Part shown: positions 36,996 to 48,934 of the stretch, in pieces
Layout: each line of letters starts with the position of its first letter
How positions within the stretch are numbered: the stretch's first letter is position 1
Assembly (NCBI RefSeq): GCF_001194135.2
Contig: NC_068995.1
Location: 15,346,916 to 15,410,915, forward strand
Source of the DNA: Octopus bimaculoides
Lineage: Eukaryota
Reading direction: 5' to 3'
Length of the DNA: 64,000 bases
Notes under the pieces: generated by a model
Told to the model about the DNA's origin: nothing
The model's database searches: none
Seen by the model: only the letters and a program-made list of their open reading frames with translations
Translations under genes and position numbers: made by a program

Positions 36996-37985
36996 CTGGG
37001 TTGGTCAAAAAGTTCGTTCGAGTTTTTTATATGTTATATAAAAGTTTTAAACACAGAGCGATTTATTCAATCAGTGATATAATTACCGTTTCGTTATAGA
37101 TTTTCTGACACCTTGTAAGGAGACCCATTTTATGAGCAGACCCTACTCAAAGATCTGCCTGTCTTTATTGGCGGAAGACTCTTCCAGGTGAATTTTCACA
37201 TCCTCTTCAGAGCTGAAAGTCTGTCCATTCAATGAATTTTAAAGAGACTGATACAGAAGAAATCTGAAGGTGCAAGGTTGGGCGAATGATTGTAGGTGAG
37301 TTCACAGCCATCAGTTTACCGTGAAGAAAGTTCACCGTGAGGAAAGTTTATCGAAAGGAAAGTTCACCGAAAAAGTTTACCGAGAAAATATATCCAGAGT
37401 ATTTCCTTATTAATAGTTAAAAACTAGTTTATTAGAAACTTCCTCTCCCTCCAAAAAAAAAAAAAGGTAAAAAAACGGTGAATTGATGATGGTGAACTTT
37501 TCCTGCGGTGAACTGATGACGATAAACTTACCGGACATGTAGGCAAATATGGAAGGTGCAACAAAACTTCCTAGCCAAGCCCAAGTAACGTCTGCCGCAT
37601 TTGCAAAGAACGGTCTGGCATTGTAGTGATGGAAGACAATGCCGTTACGACTAGCAAGTGCTGGACGCTTCTGCTGGATCGCTGCGCTCAATTTGTCCAA
37701 CCTCTGACAGTACACATCCGAATTGATAATCTTCTCTGTGGGAAGAAGCTCGTAAAAACAAAGATTGAAAGCATAACCTTCTTCGGATCACGTCCCCCTT
37801 CCCTCATTATCGTTTGTGCCTCATAATGTTGTAGACGATCCGTTTTTCGTCCCCTGCCACCATTCTCTTCAAAAAGATCGTTTTCTTCACATTCTTGCAA
37901 CGGATCGCAGATGTAGATCCGTTGGGCGAGATTAGCCTCATTCTATTGGTGTGGGATCCAATCATTGAGCCTCCTAACGTAACCC
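36996..37985 (-). mobile_element. mariner DNA transposon remnant (catalytic domain to TIR), pseudogenised
   Basis: Minus-strand motifs GYVRRLNDWIPH, RISICDPL, RMVAGDEK, PKKVMLSI, YCQRLDKLSAAIQQKRP..FHHYNARP, LG*EVLLHLPY/HSPNLAPSDF, SLNGQTFSSEEDVK. TIR TA|ctgggttggtcaaaaagttcgttcg at 36996. Confidence 0.9.
37291..37537. mobile_element. MITE-like insertion nested in the mariner HPPY/SPDLAP motif
   Basis: Imperfect TIRs tgtaggtgagttcacagccatcagtttaccg / cggtgaactgatgacgataaacttaccggaca; subterminal aagttYaccg repeats on the left, cggtgaa repeats on the right. Confidence 0.6.
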
Positions 37986-38290
37986 GTCAAAGGGCGGAGA
38001 AACATACATACGTACATACGTACATACATATATACGTACGTCATACCTACATACATAAAAGCATACATACATATACACACCCATACATACATATATACAT
38101 ACATTCCTTACATACAGACACACATGTATAGAGTGACGCATGACATTTGATATACTGATTGTAGTATGAAATGCAAGATATCATTTGACCTTGTAATGAC
38201 AATACATTTGATATTTACAATAATGTAGTCAAAGAAGAAAATATCCAACCGCACCATGGCTGCGACGGCCGGAACCACCACCACCACCAC

Positions 38291-38328
<38 letters not shown>

Positions 38329-39214
38329 ACACCATCAACACCACCACCATCAACACCACCACNNNNNNNNNNNNNNNNNNNNNNNNNNNNNNNNNNNNNN
38401 NNNNNNNNNNNNNNNNNNNNNNNNNNNNNNNNNNNNNNNNNNNNNNNNNNNNNNNNNNNNNNNNNNNNNATATCTAGGTGCGCCGCGAAAATAAATATTT
38501 ATTTAAAAACTCTGAACAATACAAACCAAGATTTTTAAACATAAAGTCTTAATGTAAGAAATATAAACCGCGAAAGTGTCAATCAAACGAAACTAAGAGA
38601 GGTTTAAATTATTTATATTTCTAAGCTGAACTATATAAATACAAACTTTTTAAATACATATTTTTCTTTCACTCTATGCACAAATTGCACTAAAATATTT
38701 TTATTTGCTCTGTAAAACACGAGTGAGTAAAAAAGAAAATAAACAATATATTTGAGAGTTACTGATGTATAGAAGCAGCTGTGACGTAATTCGTAGAACA
38801 TTACATAAAGTTGCTAGTGAGTTTACATAGCAACGTAGTTTCGATACTATTTACATTCCCGTAAAAGGTTTGCTGAAGAAATTTGCATTGATAATATCTT
38901 TGGGAAAGACATAAACGTCTTCACTTCCAACTTAACCTGGTACAATATATGACGTCAAGCTTAACCATTGTCACGTAAGGTGAAATATCAGGTAATGACT
39001 GGTTAACGCCTCCGAACAAGATGTGACTTCTTAGTAGATCTAGCGGAGTGGTTAAGATATTCGTTTCGCAATGTCGCTTATTTTAGGTTCAATAGCACTG
39101 CACACCCAGCATGATCACAGACCAAGTAAAAGATAGAAGATAGCGAAGCCCATATTATAATTAACAACAAAACGTAGGAGTGATATAGAGCGGGGCTAAA
39201 TAGATGCAGGCATT

Positions 39215-39616
39215 TCAGGTTGGTTATGAATTTCTCTTCCCGACCACATGGTTCCAGATTCAGTCCCACTGCGTGGAACCTTAGGCAAGTGTCTTCTACT
39301 TTAGCCACTGGCCGACCAAAGCCCTGTGAGTAGATATTTGGTAGACGGAAACTGAAACTGAAAGTAGCCCGTCGTATATATATATATATATATATATATA
39401 TATNNNNNNNNNNNNNNNNNNNNNNNNNNNNNNNNNNNNNNNNNNNNNNNNNNNNNNNNNNNNNNNNNNNNNNNNNNNNNNNNNNNNNNNNNNNNNNNNN
39501 NNNNNNNNNNNNNNNNNNNNNNNNNNNNNNNNNNNNNNNNNNNNNNNNNNNNNNNNNNNNNNNNNNNNNNNNNNNNNNNNNNNNNNNNNNNNNNNNNNNN
39601 NNNNNNNNNNNNNNNN

Positions 39617-39651
<35 letters not shown>

Positions 39652-39910
39652 CTGTGTTTGTGTCTGTGTGTGTGGGTATTTGTGTGTCTGTGTTTGTGTG
39701 CGTGTGTTTGTCTCCCACTTCCGCTTGATAACCGGTGCTGGTGTATTGGCATCCCCGTAATCTACCGGTTGAGCAAAAGAGATCGATAGAATAAGAACCA
39801 GGTTTAACAAAATGTAAGTACTAGAGTCGATTCATTCGACTAAAAATTCTTTAAAGTGGTGCTCCAGCATAGCCGCAGGCTAATGACTGAAACAAGTAAA
39901 AGATAAAAGA
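39215..39910 (+). mobile_element. Family-O SINE spanning a gap
   Basis: ccacatggttccagattcagtcccactgcgtgg...; tail ggtgctccagcatagccgcagg..tgactgaaacaagtaaaagataaaaga. Confidence 0.8.
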
Positions 39911-40747
39911 AAAGATAACTATGTGCTTTCAGGTTCAATTTTACTGCGTAGAATCTTGAGCAAGTGTCTTCTACCGTAACCTCGAGTCGATCAAATCCTC
40001 GTGAGTGAAAATGGGGGCCCGGAACAGTGTGGAAGCCGTAGGAAGGTGCATTGTTGGCCTCGGGCAGTAGACTTGATACTTCACCCAGGACCTCCTGGAC
40101 CCAGGACCGAGGGGCCTCATGGTCCTTGTGTGTCTTTAACGGAGTATACTCTATTATAAGTATTCGGGACAGGCCTTATGTCTGTGGAATCCGCCCATAC
40201 TCCCAGCAAGTACCAGCCATCCTTCCTTCTGTGACCAAATCATATAAAAAGAAAGGAAAATGCTTGATAGTATTTAGTTTTTTACTACATATTTCTTTTT
40301 AATCCTCAATAAAATGACTATAAAATTTCCCCAGGGACGATAAAAATAAGTCCTAATAATGTCTATTTAATCGATTCTGTCCCGCCCCTATAACAAATAT
40401 ATGACCCATTCTGAAAATGAGATCTCATTATTGTAGTTACAGTACATTGATTAAGAAAATAATCAATAATTATATATACATAACATGCAAACACCGCGAA
40501 AAAAGCAATTATGTTTCAAATTAAATAACTGTTGTGTTTTTAACTGCCTCTTATCATTCCATCAATATAAAATATTTGACCTTTATAGGTCGATTGTAGT
40601 AATCTTACACTGCATCTGGTTGAAGTAGCGAACGTTTAGATGGTCATAGAAATACTCCGGTGGATTATTTTGCTGACTCTGCTAACTAAAGGCGTTCGGT
40701 CGACAGAATCAGTTTGAACGATGGAGGATATGATATTCTGTATTTCA

Positions 40748-41197
40748 CTTACCCTTTTATTTGTTTCAGTTATTTGATTGTGGCCATGCTGGAGCACCGC
40801 TTTAGGTCGAGCAAATCGACCCCAAGACTTATTCTTTGTAAGCCTAGTACTTATTCTATCGGTTCCGGGTTCAGTCCCACTGCGTGGCACCTTGGCCAAG
40901 TGTCTTCTACTATAGCCTCGGGCTGACCAAAGCCTTGTGAGTGGATTTGATAGACGGAAACTGAAAGAAGCCCGTCGTATATATTATATGGATATATATA
41001 TGTGTGTTTGTCCCACCCAACATCACTTGACAACCGATGCTGGTGTGTTTACGTCCCGTAACTTAGCGGTTCGGCAAAAGAGAACGATAGAATAAGTACT
41101 AGGCTTATAAAGAATAAGTCCTGGGGTCGATTTGCTCGACTAAAGGCGGTGCTCCAGCATGGCCACAGTCAAATGAATGAAACAAGTAAAAGAGTAA
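40748..41197. mobile_element. Family-O SINE (+, 40862-41197) preceded by an inverted copy of its own tail (40748-40862)
   Basis: 40757-40863 is roughly 90% identical by eye to the reverse complement of 41083-41188. Confidence 0.8.
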
Positions 41198-41519
41198 AGA
41201 GAGAGTATTGAGGCATTCTTACACCATTTGACGGTGTTTTGAGACACTGCACGGGAATGACAGCCAATAGCATTATGGGGAGATACATGTAACACAAGCT
41301 CTTCTTTAGGTGTAAGGACATGGAAAGTTCCACCTTCCTGTTCCACTTCATTTTGAGACTCTACAATATCACATGGAGTATCCTTGACAGAGTCCCTCCT
41401 TACTCATATAGAGCACATAATTGCTAAATCTGCCTCCGTGAGAAACTGTACGTACTCCATCAACTATAGTATTCATCAATAGACAAAAAAAAAAAATGAC
41501 CTATCTTATTGTTGGCACC

Positions 41520-41760
41520 AGAGGTACTCCCTAATTTCAAGGCTTTGACCTCCTATATTCTGGAAAGGTCACCTTATATCGAGCTGACCCATACACAATG
41601 ACAGGGTTTACTATTCCTGTCGCCGGTAAAGATTATAATCTACTCATGTTGGTCGCTCGAACTCATTTATAACCTGATTACCAACAGGCTTTTCATGTAA
41701 TAACTGTTCTCACTAAAATGCAATAATACAATGAACCGATATCACTGGTTATATATATAT
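41520..41760 (+). mobile_element. Possible decayed LINE AP-endonuclease fragment
   Basis: Frame PNFQGFDLLYSGKVTLYRADPYTMTG... resembles the APE IPGYTLYRADR motif; stops present. Confidence 0.3.
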
Positions 41761-42370
41761 ATATCATTCTGCAGAATGCCGACAAACTAACGTCAACAAC
41801 ATGTCCGCCCCATGAAGGAGACCTCATAAAATAACTGATGTCGCTATGATAGCAAAAGCAACCACCTGAATTGAACTGACAAGTGGAAGCCTAAATAGCT
41901 AGAAGTCATTTAAAATTCCTTTTAAATTCTATCAAATCTGTCTTCAAACATCTGATGTGAATGAGTCCGACGCTCACGAAAATTTAAGTAATGTGGAACT
42001 GAGTGAAGCTGTTATTTAAATCCATTTAACTCCAGCTAAATGCGTTCAGTGCCATTTACCATCGTTTGTTCACTCTTTCGTTTATATCCATCCATCCATC
42101 CATCCATCCATCCATCCACACACACACACACGCACACACATATATGCACGTATATACATATATACATATACATACGCACACATGCGCTCACATACATAAG
42201 TTAATGGTAATGAATGGAAGAAAACATGCTCAATATATATATATACATATAATAATAATATTAGGGACAAAATCCAAAAATACAGGTAAAAAACATATGT
42301 ATGTATATGTGTATACATATACATATGTGTGTGTATGTATATACATATATATATCAAGAGAGATAGAGAT

Positions 42371-42518
<148 letters not shown>

Positions 42519-42734
42519 TGAGTGAGTGAGAGAGAAAGTGTGTAATCTAATTCAGTCAGTCGGAACCAGAAACTACTGAGTTTCATGAAATGTGGACACA
42601 TTTGAAATAGGTTTGTATTATCGGTCGAAATCATAATGGTCGACCGCTGATTCAAACAGGTCACGTTTGATGGAACTCACATTTTTCTAACTTAATAAAA
42701 AAAACAACAACTAAAAACAAGAATATTAGAATAT

Positions 42735-43150
42735 TGGATTCAAATTCTGACACAAGGCCAGCAATAATTAGGGGAAGAAATAAGTCGATTACACCGAACC
42801 CAGTGTTCAACTGGTACTTCTTTTGTCGACCCCGGCGACATTTGAATTCAGAACGTAAAGTCGGAAGAAATGCTGCTAATCATCTATTCGGTGCAGTAAC
42901 GATTTGGGCAGCTCACCGCCTTTGAATCTTAAAATATTGGTTTTAAATTTTGGCACAAGACCAGCAATGTTGGGAGAGGAAATGAGTCGATTACGTCGAC
43001 CCCAGTGTTCAACTGGTACTTATTTTGTCGAACTCGAAAGGATGAAACGTAAAGTCGACCTCGGCGGTATTTGAACCCAGGACGTAAAGACGGACGAAAT
43101 GCTTAACAGCATTTCGTCCGGCGTGCGAACGATTTTGCTGGTTCGCTGCC
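42735..43150 (-). mobile_element. Two tandem family-M SINEs
   Basis: Two reverse-complement copies, 42740-42922 and 42945-43152. Confidence 0.75.
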
Positions 43151-43804
43151 TTTGAATATTAAAATATTAAAAGAAATTATGTATTCAAGTACTCAAGGCA
43201 AATGCATACACACATGCACACACAAACACACACACATACATACATACACACACACACGCACACGCAAACATACACACACATAAACATACACACACATATA
43301 CACATACAGATACACACATACACATATGTACAGTTATAAGACGGTTTCGTTATTTATTCAAATGTTTCATTTTGTTTTTGTTTACTATTTCAACATCTCT
43401 AAATCTCACTTCTAAACCTGTCAGACAAATCCCGTTTTCTTTTTTTCCACATATTTCAATGGTGTTTTATGTTACGAATAAATCCGTCTTTCTTATTTAT
43501 TTTAGACAACCAAGTAAAACAAACCTAATATATAAAATTCCATATATGTAATCTATACAGACACAACAAATGAATGTATGCCGTATTTATATTGTCTACA
43601 TATGTTTATAAAGCACTAAGAATTTGAAAGAACTAGCAATGATCGGTGCAGGCAAAAAAAAAAGAAGAAAAAAAGCATTTGAAAAGCTGGAACAGTAGAA
43701 TATATTCCATAGTATGAAGAAGAAGAATTTATTTTGCGTTGGATAGAGATATTCATTCGTGATATATGTTCACGTAATTTATGTTCACAAGTCTGGTGGA
43801 CCGG

Positions 43805-44560
43805 CTTTACGTTCTGAGTTCAAATTCTGTCAAAGTTGACTTTGTCCTTTATCCTTTGGAAGGAACATCGATGAAATAAGTACCAGTTGAGCACAGGGCT
43901 CGATGTAATTGATTGGCTCCACACACACAACATTTCAGGCCTTGTGCCTATAGTTGAAAGGATATCTGTTCGCATACCTCGGTTACGTCAGAGTAGATGT
44001 ATCCTGTTACACATGAACTATGACATGATAGTAAGTTGACTGGCTATAACTGAAAACCAATGATGTTTTTATATTACCTTGTCAATGTAGAAATACATAC
44101 ACACACACATTGGTTTCAAATTCTAGCACAAGGCCAGCAATTTCGGGGAGGGCTAGGTCGATCACATCAACTCCGGTGCCCAACTTGTACATATTTTATC
44201 AACTCCGAAAAAGATGAAAGGCAAAGTCGATCCCGGGGGAATTTGAACTCAGAACGTAAAAAACAGACGAAATAACGCCCAGCATTTTGTCCGACATACT
44301 AACGATTCTGCCAGCTCGCAGATATATTGATAAGTATATGATAAGTATATGCAAGGTAGTGAGCTGGCAGAATCGTTAGCGTATCGGCCAAAAAGTTTAG
44401 AGTCATTTCGTTGGATTTACGTTCTGAGTTCACATTCCGCCGAAGTTGACTTTACGTTTCATCCTTTCGGGGGTCAATAAAATGAGTACTAGCTGAGCTC
44501 TGGGGTTGACGTAATCAATCAGCCCCTCACGCCAAAATTTCGTGCCTTGAACCTTTAGTT
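43805..44560. mobile_element. Three family-M SINEs in +/-/+ orientation (~43805-43955, 44110-44320, 44355-44560)
   Basis: Direct motif matches; the last two are head-to-head (ctaacgattctgccagctc / gagctggcagaatcgttag). Confidence 0.75.
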
Positions 44561-44644
44561 GAAAGAATATTAATACAAATACGCACACAAGTTCACGAAC
44601 AACATCCTAGTTTATACTTCGTGACTGAACATCATGGGGAAAAG

Positions 44645-44940
44645 ACGCTAGCATGGCTGTTTGGTAGGAAGTATGGTTTCCAGCCTTATGGTTCCGGATT
44701 CAGTCCCACTACATGACACCTTGCGCAAGTGCCTTCTACTATAGCCTCTGGTCGACCAAAGCCTTGTGAGTGGATTTGGTAGACGCAAACTGAAAGAAGC
44801 TCAGCATATATATATTTATGTGTGTACGTGTGTGTGTGTGTATCTTTGTGTCTATGTTTGTTTTCCACTACCTCTTGACGACTGGTGCTGGTTTGTTTAC
44901 ATCTCCGTAACTTAGCGGTTCGGCAAAAGAGGCCGATCGT
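44645..44940 (+). mobile_element. Family-O SINE whose tail runs into a palindrome
   Basis: ggttccggattcagtcccact...gcaagtgccttctactatagc...cttagcggttcggcaaaagaggccgat. Confidence 0.75.
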
Positions 44941-45184
44941 ATCCTTTAACTTTTCTTTCAGTTAGTAGAAGCGGCCATGCTGAGGCACAGTCATGAGGAG
45001 TATATTAGTCGAACTAACTGACTCTAGACCAGGCTGGTACTTACCGGTATAAGTACCAGACCAGGCTGGTACTTATACCGGTAAGTACCAGCCTGGTCTA
45101 GGGTTAGTTAGTTCAACTAATATACTCCTCATGACTGTGCCCCAGCATGGCCGCTTCTAATAACTGAAAGAAAAGTTAAAAGAT
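44941..45184. repeat. 119-bp-arm palindrome with 6-nt spacer and nested mini-hairpins, derived from SINE tail
   Basis: 44941-45059 is the reverse complement of 45066-45184 with 6 mismatches; spacer accagg. Confidence 0.95.
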
Positions 45185-45858
45185 AAAAAATTAAAAGATA
45201 TATCATCGAACGAAGTAACTTTACGTTGGTGATCAACCTGCAGGTAATAGCAGATCAATATTGGAAAATTTACGTAACACAGCTTCGAACTGGAGCTCAC
45301 TAGTTTTGCCTTGGATGTAAAAACGGAACGAAATTGCGCACATGCTAAATTATTTCCGTCTAGTTCTATAACATTGCTCGATTTTATTTCAGCTTTTCCT
45401 TTTTCTTCTTTCTCATCAATCTTACTGATTATTTTTTTAGAGGTGTAGATACAGCTGTGTGAGTATGTATACTCGTAAATTTATCTGTATACCTGCATCT
45501 TTAATGTGTGCGTACGAGTGTATTTATAATGCGTTGTTTTCTCTCATGCAACACGTATATAATGTTGGTAAAAGGTCGGGGCAGTTTCAGTGCTACATAC
45601 GTGACGTTTATACGGATAGACTAACCATAAAGACGAGCAAGTATAGCACAGCGAGAAAATAACATATTAAAATAAAAATAATTGTTGACTGGAAGCCTTC
45701 CTAGTTTTAAGTCTTAATGCTTAATCTATTAGCGCTTCGTAGTTCATAACTTCACTTCAGGCAGGCTGATTTGTGATCTCATCTAGAATGAATGACAGGA
45801 CGACAGTAGACTATATCTGAAAGCCAGTGGTGTTTATAAATTATCTTGTCAATGCAGT

Positions 45859-45913
<55 letters not shown>

Positions 45914-45946
45914 ACACGTATATGTATATATGTAGATATAAATATA

Positions 45947-46839
45947 TCTACTACATATGTAGGAAATTCTGTTTGTGGGTGTGTTTGTGGAGTTGTTAGC
46001 TAACTCCTCCTACATCGTTTTATCGATTTTGATGAAACCTAACACGTGAGTAAAACTCATCACTGGAAACATCATGGCATACTCAGATTGTTGAAAACAA
46101 AATCGATAATAGGGCCCCTGGAAGGGATCCTTATATATATATATATCTAATATATTTTATTTTAAAACCCAAAGAAAATAACTCATTCGCCCCTGGAAGG
46201 GATCCTTATGTATAGTCAAGGGAAATAACCCATTCATTTTCCTAAATTATTTGGTATAAATCAAATTGAGTATGCTTACTTTTTAGTATTTGAACTGTTA
46301 GAGTTATTTTCGCAATTTATCCAGTAAACCCTTAAACAAGTAAATAGTATTTTCCTAAACAATAGATCCACTTATTTTGGTTAGTGACTTATTCACGAAT
46401 ATACCAAGACTAGCGCCCCTGAGGGTAATATTCTCTGGGAACGCACAAAAGTCATTTTCAGAGTTATTTACTTTGAATTGTTATTATCTCATATCTTATT
46501 ACCCTTTTATCACGTAACATGCTTTACGATTGTATGTTCTATATATTCTGGGAACGCATTAAAGCCCTTTTCGGGGCAACTTTTTTGAATTCTTACTATC
46601 GGGTAACTTATTTCATGTTATTACATAACTGACTTCACAATTTGGGTATTCATAACTTATTGGGAATTCTTAAAAACAAGATCCTCTGTAAGACAGTTCG
46701 GTATTCTCTGTAAATGCACAAAAACTGTTTTAAGGGCTACATATTTTGTATTGCTGCTATTGGATTAGCGAAGCAATTATGAGAACGGAATCAAGGTATA
46801 AACCCCGCTTTTCCAGGAATTGCCGTGTACGTCAGCTAG
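45947..46839 (+). mobile_element. Non-autonomous Helitron (~890 bp)
   Basis: 5' A|TCtactacatatgtaggaaattctgtttgtg...ctaactcctcctaca..cgattttgatgaaac; 3' ...ccaggaattgccgtgtacgtcagCTAG|T; no TSD; internal direct repeats (gcccctggaagggatccttat x2). Confidence 0.75.
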
Positions 46840-46971
46840 TATATATATANNNNNNNNNNNNNNNNNNNNNNNNNNNNNNNNNNNNNNNNNNNNNNNNNNN
46901 NNNNNNNNNNNNNNNNNNNNNNNNNNNNNNNNNNNNNNNNNNNNNNNNNNNNNNNNNNNNNNNNNNNNNNN

Positions 46972-47078
46972 GACACACGACTGTGTCCTGTTTGCCAAGG
47001 GAAATCCGGATCCGTTCGTGCTACAGATCATAGTGAGAGGGATAACTTCCCTTGGCAAACAGGACACAGTCGTGTGTC
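46972..47078. repeat. Perfect 32-bp inverted repeat with 43-nt spacer, abutting a gap
   Basis: gacacacgactgtgtcctgtttgccaagggaa (46972-47003) is the exact reverse complement of 47047-47078. Confidence 0.95.
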
Positions 47079-47688
47079 GATAAGCCAGCTGGAGGAGATG
47101 TCCTCCTGGGGCTAAAAGCAACAGTAACATCCACCCCTAGGGGTCAGCCACACTTAAGTGGCAATATACTACACTTTATCGTGCAGTTACTGTTAATACT
47201 TCATTTAGAGAATTAACATTGTTTATATATATATATATATATATATATACATACATGCATATGTCTATGTGCTTGTATTTTCTATCTACCATCTCAAAAC
47301 AGCCTCTGTCCGTTTGTTCACGTTCGACGTAACTCAGCGAATTCATTTTAAAAAGCTTCAGCTATAAACGTCGTTTGATTTTTTAAAGAATTTTATTGTG
47401 TTGCATACTATTGGAGGCAGTAGCTGAAAAAGGCAAAATGCTCGATGAAAAAAAGTATGATGGAATAAATCAAGCCTTAGCGTGGGTGGTATACTGTCTG
47501 AATACCTGCTGAAAGAGGCGCCCATCGTTGCCACATCTGTGTGTAGGTTCCTAGCAGGACTCTAAACTCACATCCATGCTACTCATTTTTAAGAAAACAG
47601 TCAAGCGATGGCATTGCTGGGAATCGAGTCGCAGACGCACTGCGCGCGCGTGAATAAGTGTGTGTATTTGTATACATACATACATACA

Positions 47689-47721
<33 letters not shown>

Positions 47722-47766
47722 GTATACAAATATATATATTTATATATCCATACACACACATATAAT

Positions 47767-47855
<89 letters not shown>

Positions 47856-48233
47856 CGACAACCTATTTATTTGTCTATCTATAGTTATATTTTGCGAGAG
47901 TTATACTAATGATAAAAGTTACTGTTACATTCAGCTGAACAAAACTGAAGAGCGTGCGTATATTCGAAAGCCTATCATAGACAGACTCTCCCAAAATATG
48001 ACAATAACGAACTCAACATATTTTCCGATCCAAATCCTTGCAAAACAATTTGAAAATCGATATTTATATGTATGTTAAGCCAAGGTTATTATTTATACGC
48101 AAGTTTCAGATTATTAATGGAGCATTTACTGATGATGGAATTCAATAATGAGGCTAGCGGTAATTCATTGTAAAAAAAACTGGTTGCATATGCTGTCAGG
48201 CCAAACTTAATGACACAATTAATGCGGGTTTTA

Positions 48234-48307
<74 letters not shown>

Positions 48308-48308
<1 letters not shown>

Positions 48309-48690
48309 GTGGAGGCGCAAAGGCCCAGTAGTTAGGGCAGCGGACTCGCGATCATAGGATCGCGGTTTCCATTCTCAGACCGGGCGTTGTGCGTGCTTAT
48401 TGAGCGAAAACACCTAAAGCTCCACGAGGCTCCAGCAGGGGGTGGTGGCGACCCCTGTTATACTCTTTCGCCACAACTTTCTCTCATTCTTTCTTCTTGT
48501 TTCTGTTGTACCTGTATTTCAAAGTGTCAGCCTTGTCACACTGTGTCATGCTGAATATCCCCGAGAACTACGTTAAGGGTACACGTGTCTGTGGAGTGCT
48601 CAGCCACTTGCACGTTAAACTCACGAGCAGGCTGTTCCGTTGATCAGATCAACTGGAACCCTCGACGTCGTAAGCGACGGAGTGCCAACA
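48308..48690 (+). mobile_element. tRNA-derived SINE with long tail, inserted in (TCTA)n
   Basis: Head gtggaggcgcaaaggcccagtagttagggcagcggactcgcg...; tail ...aactggaaccctcgacgtcgtaagcgacggagtgccaaca, also at 56066-56200 and 20425-20600 (minus). Confidence 0.8.
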
Positions 48691-48742
<52 letters not shown>

Positions 48743-48870
48743 NNNNNNNNNNNNNNNNNNNNNNNNNNNNNNNNNNNNNNNNNNNNNNNNNNNNNNNNNN
48801 NNNNNNNNNNNNNNNNNNNNNNNNNNNNNNNNNNNNNNNNNNNNNNNNNNNNNNNNNNNNNNNNNNNNNN

Positions 48871-48934
<64 letters not shown>

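Noticed and set aside
38228-38362. Poly-Pro/Ala/Thr frame next to a gap
   Set aside because: (CCA/CCG)n microsatellite; only ~15 non-repetitive codons.
47946-47985. CUGAAGA-G...C-GAAA hammerhead-like core
   Set aside because: No stem I or stem III pairing.
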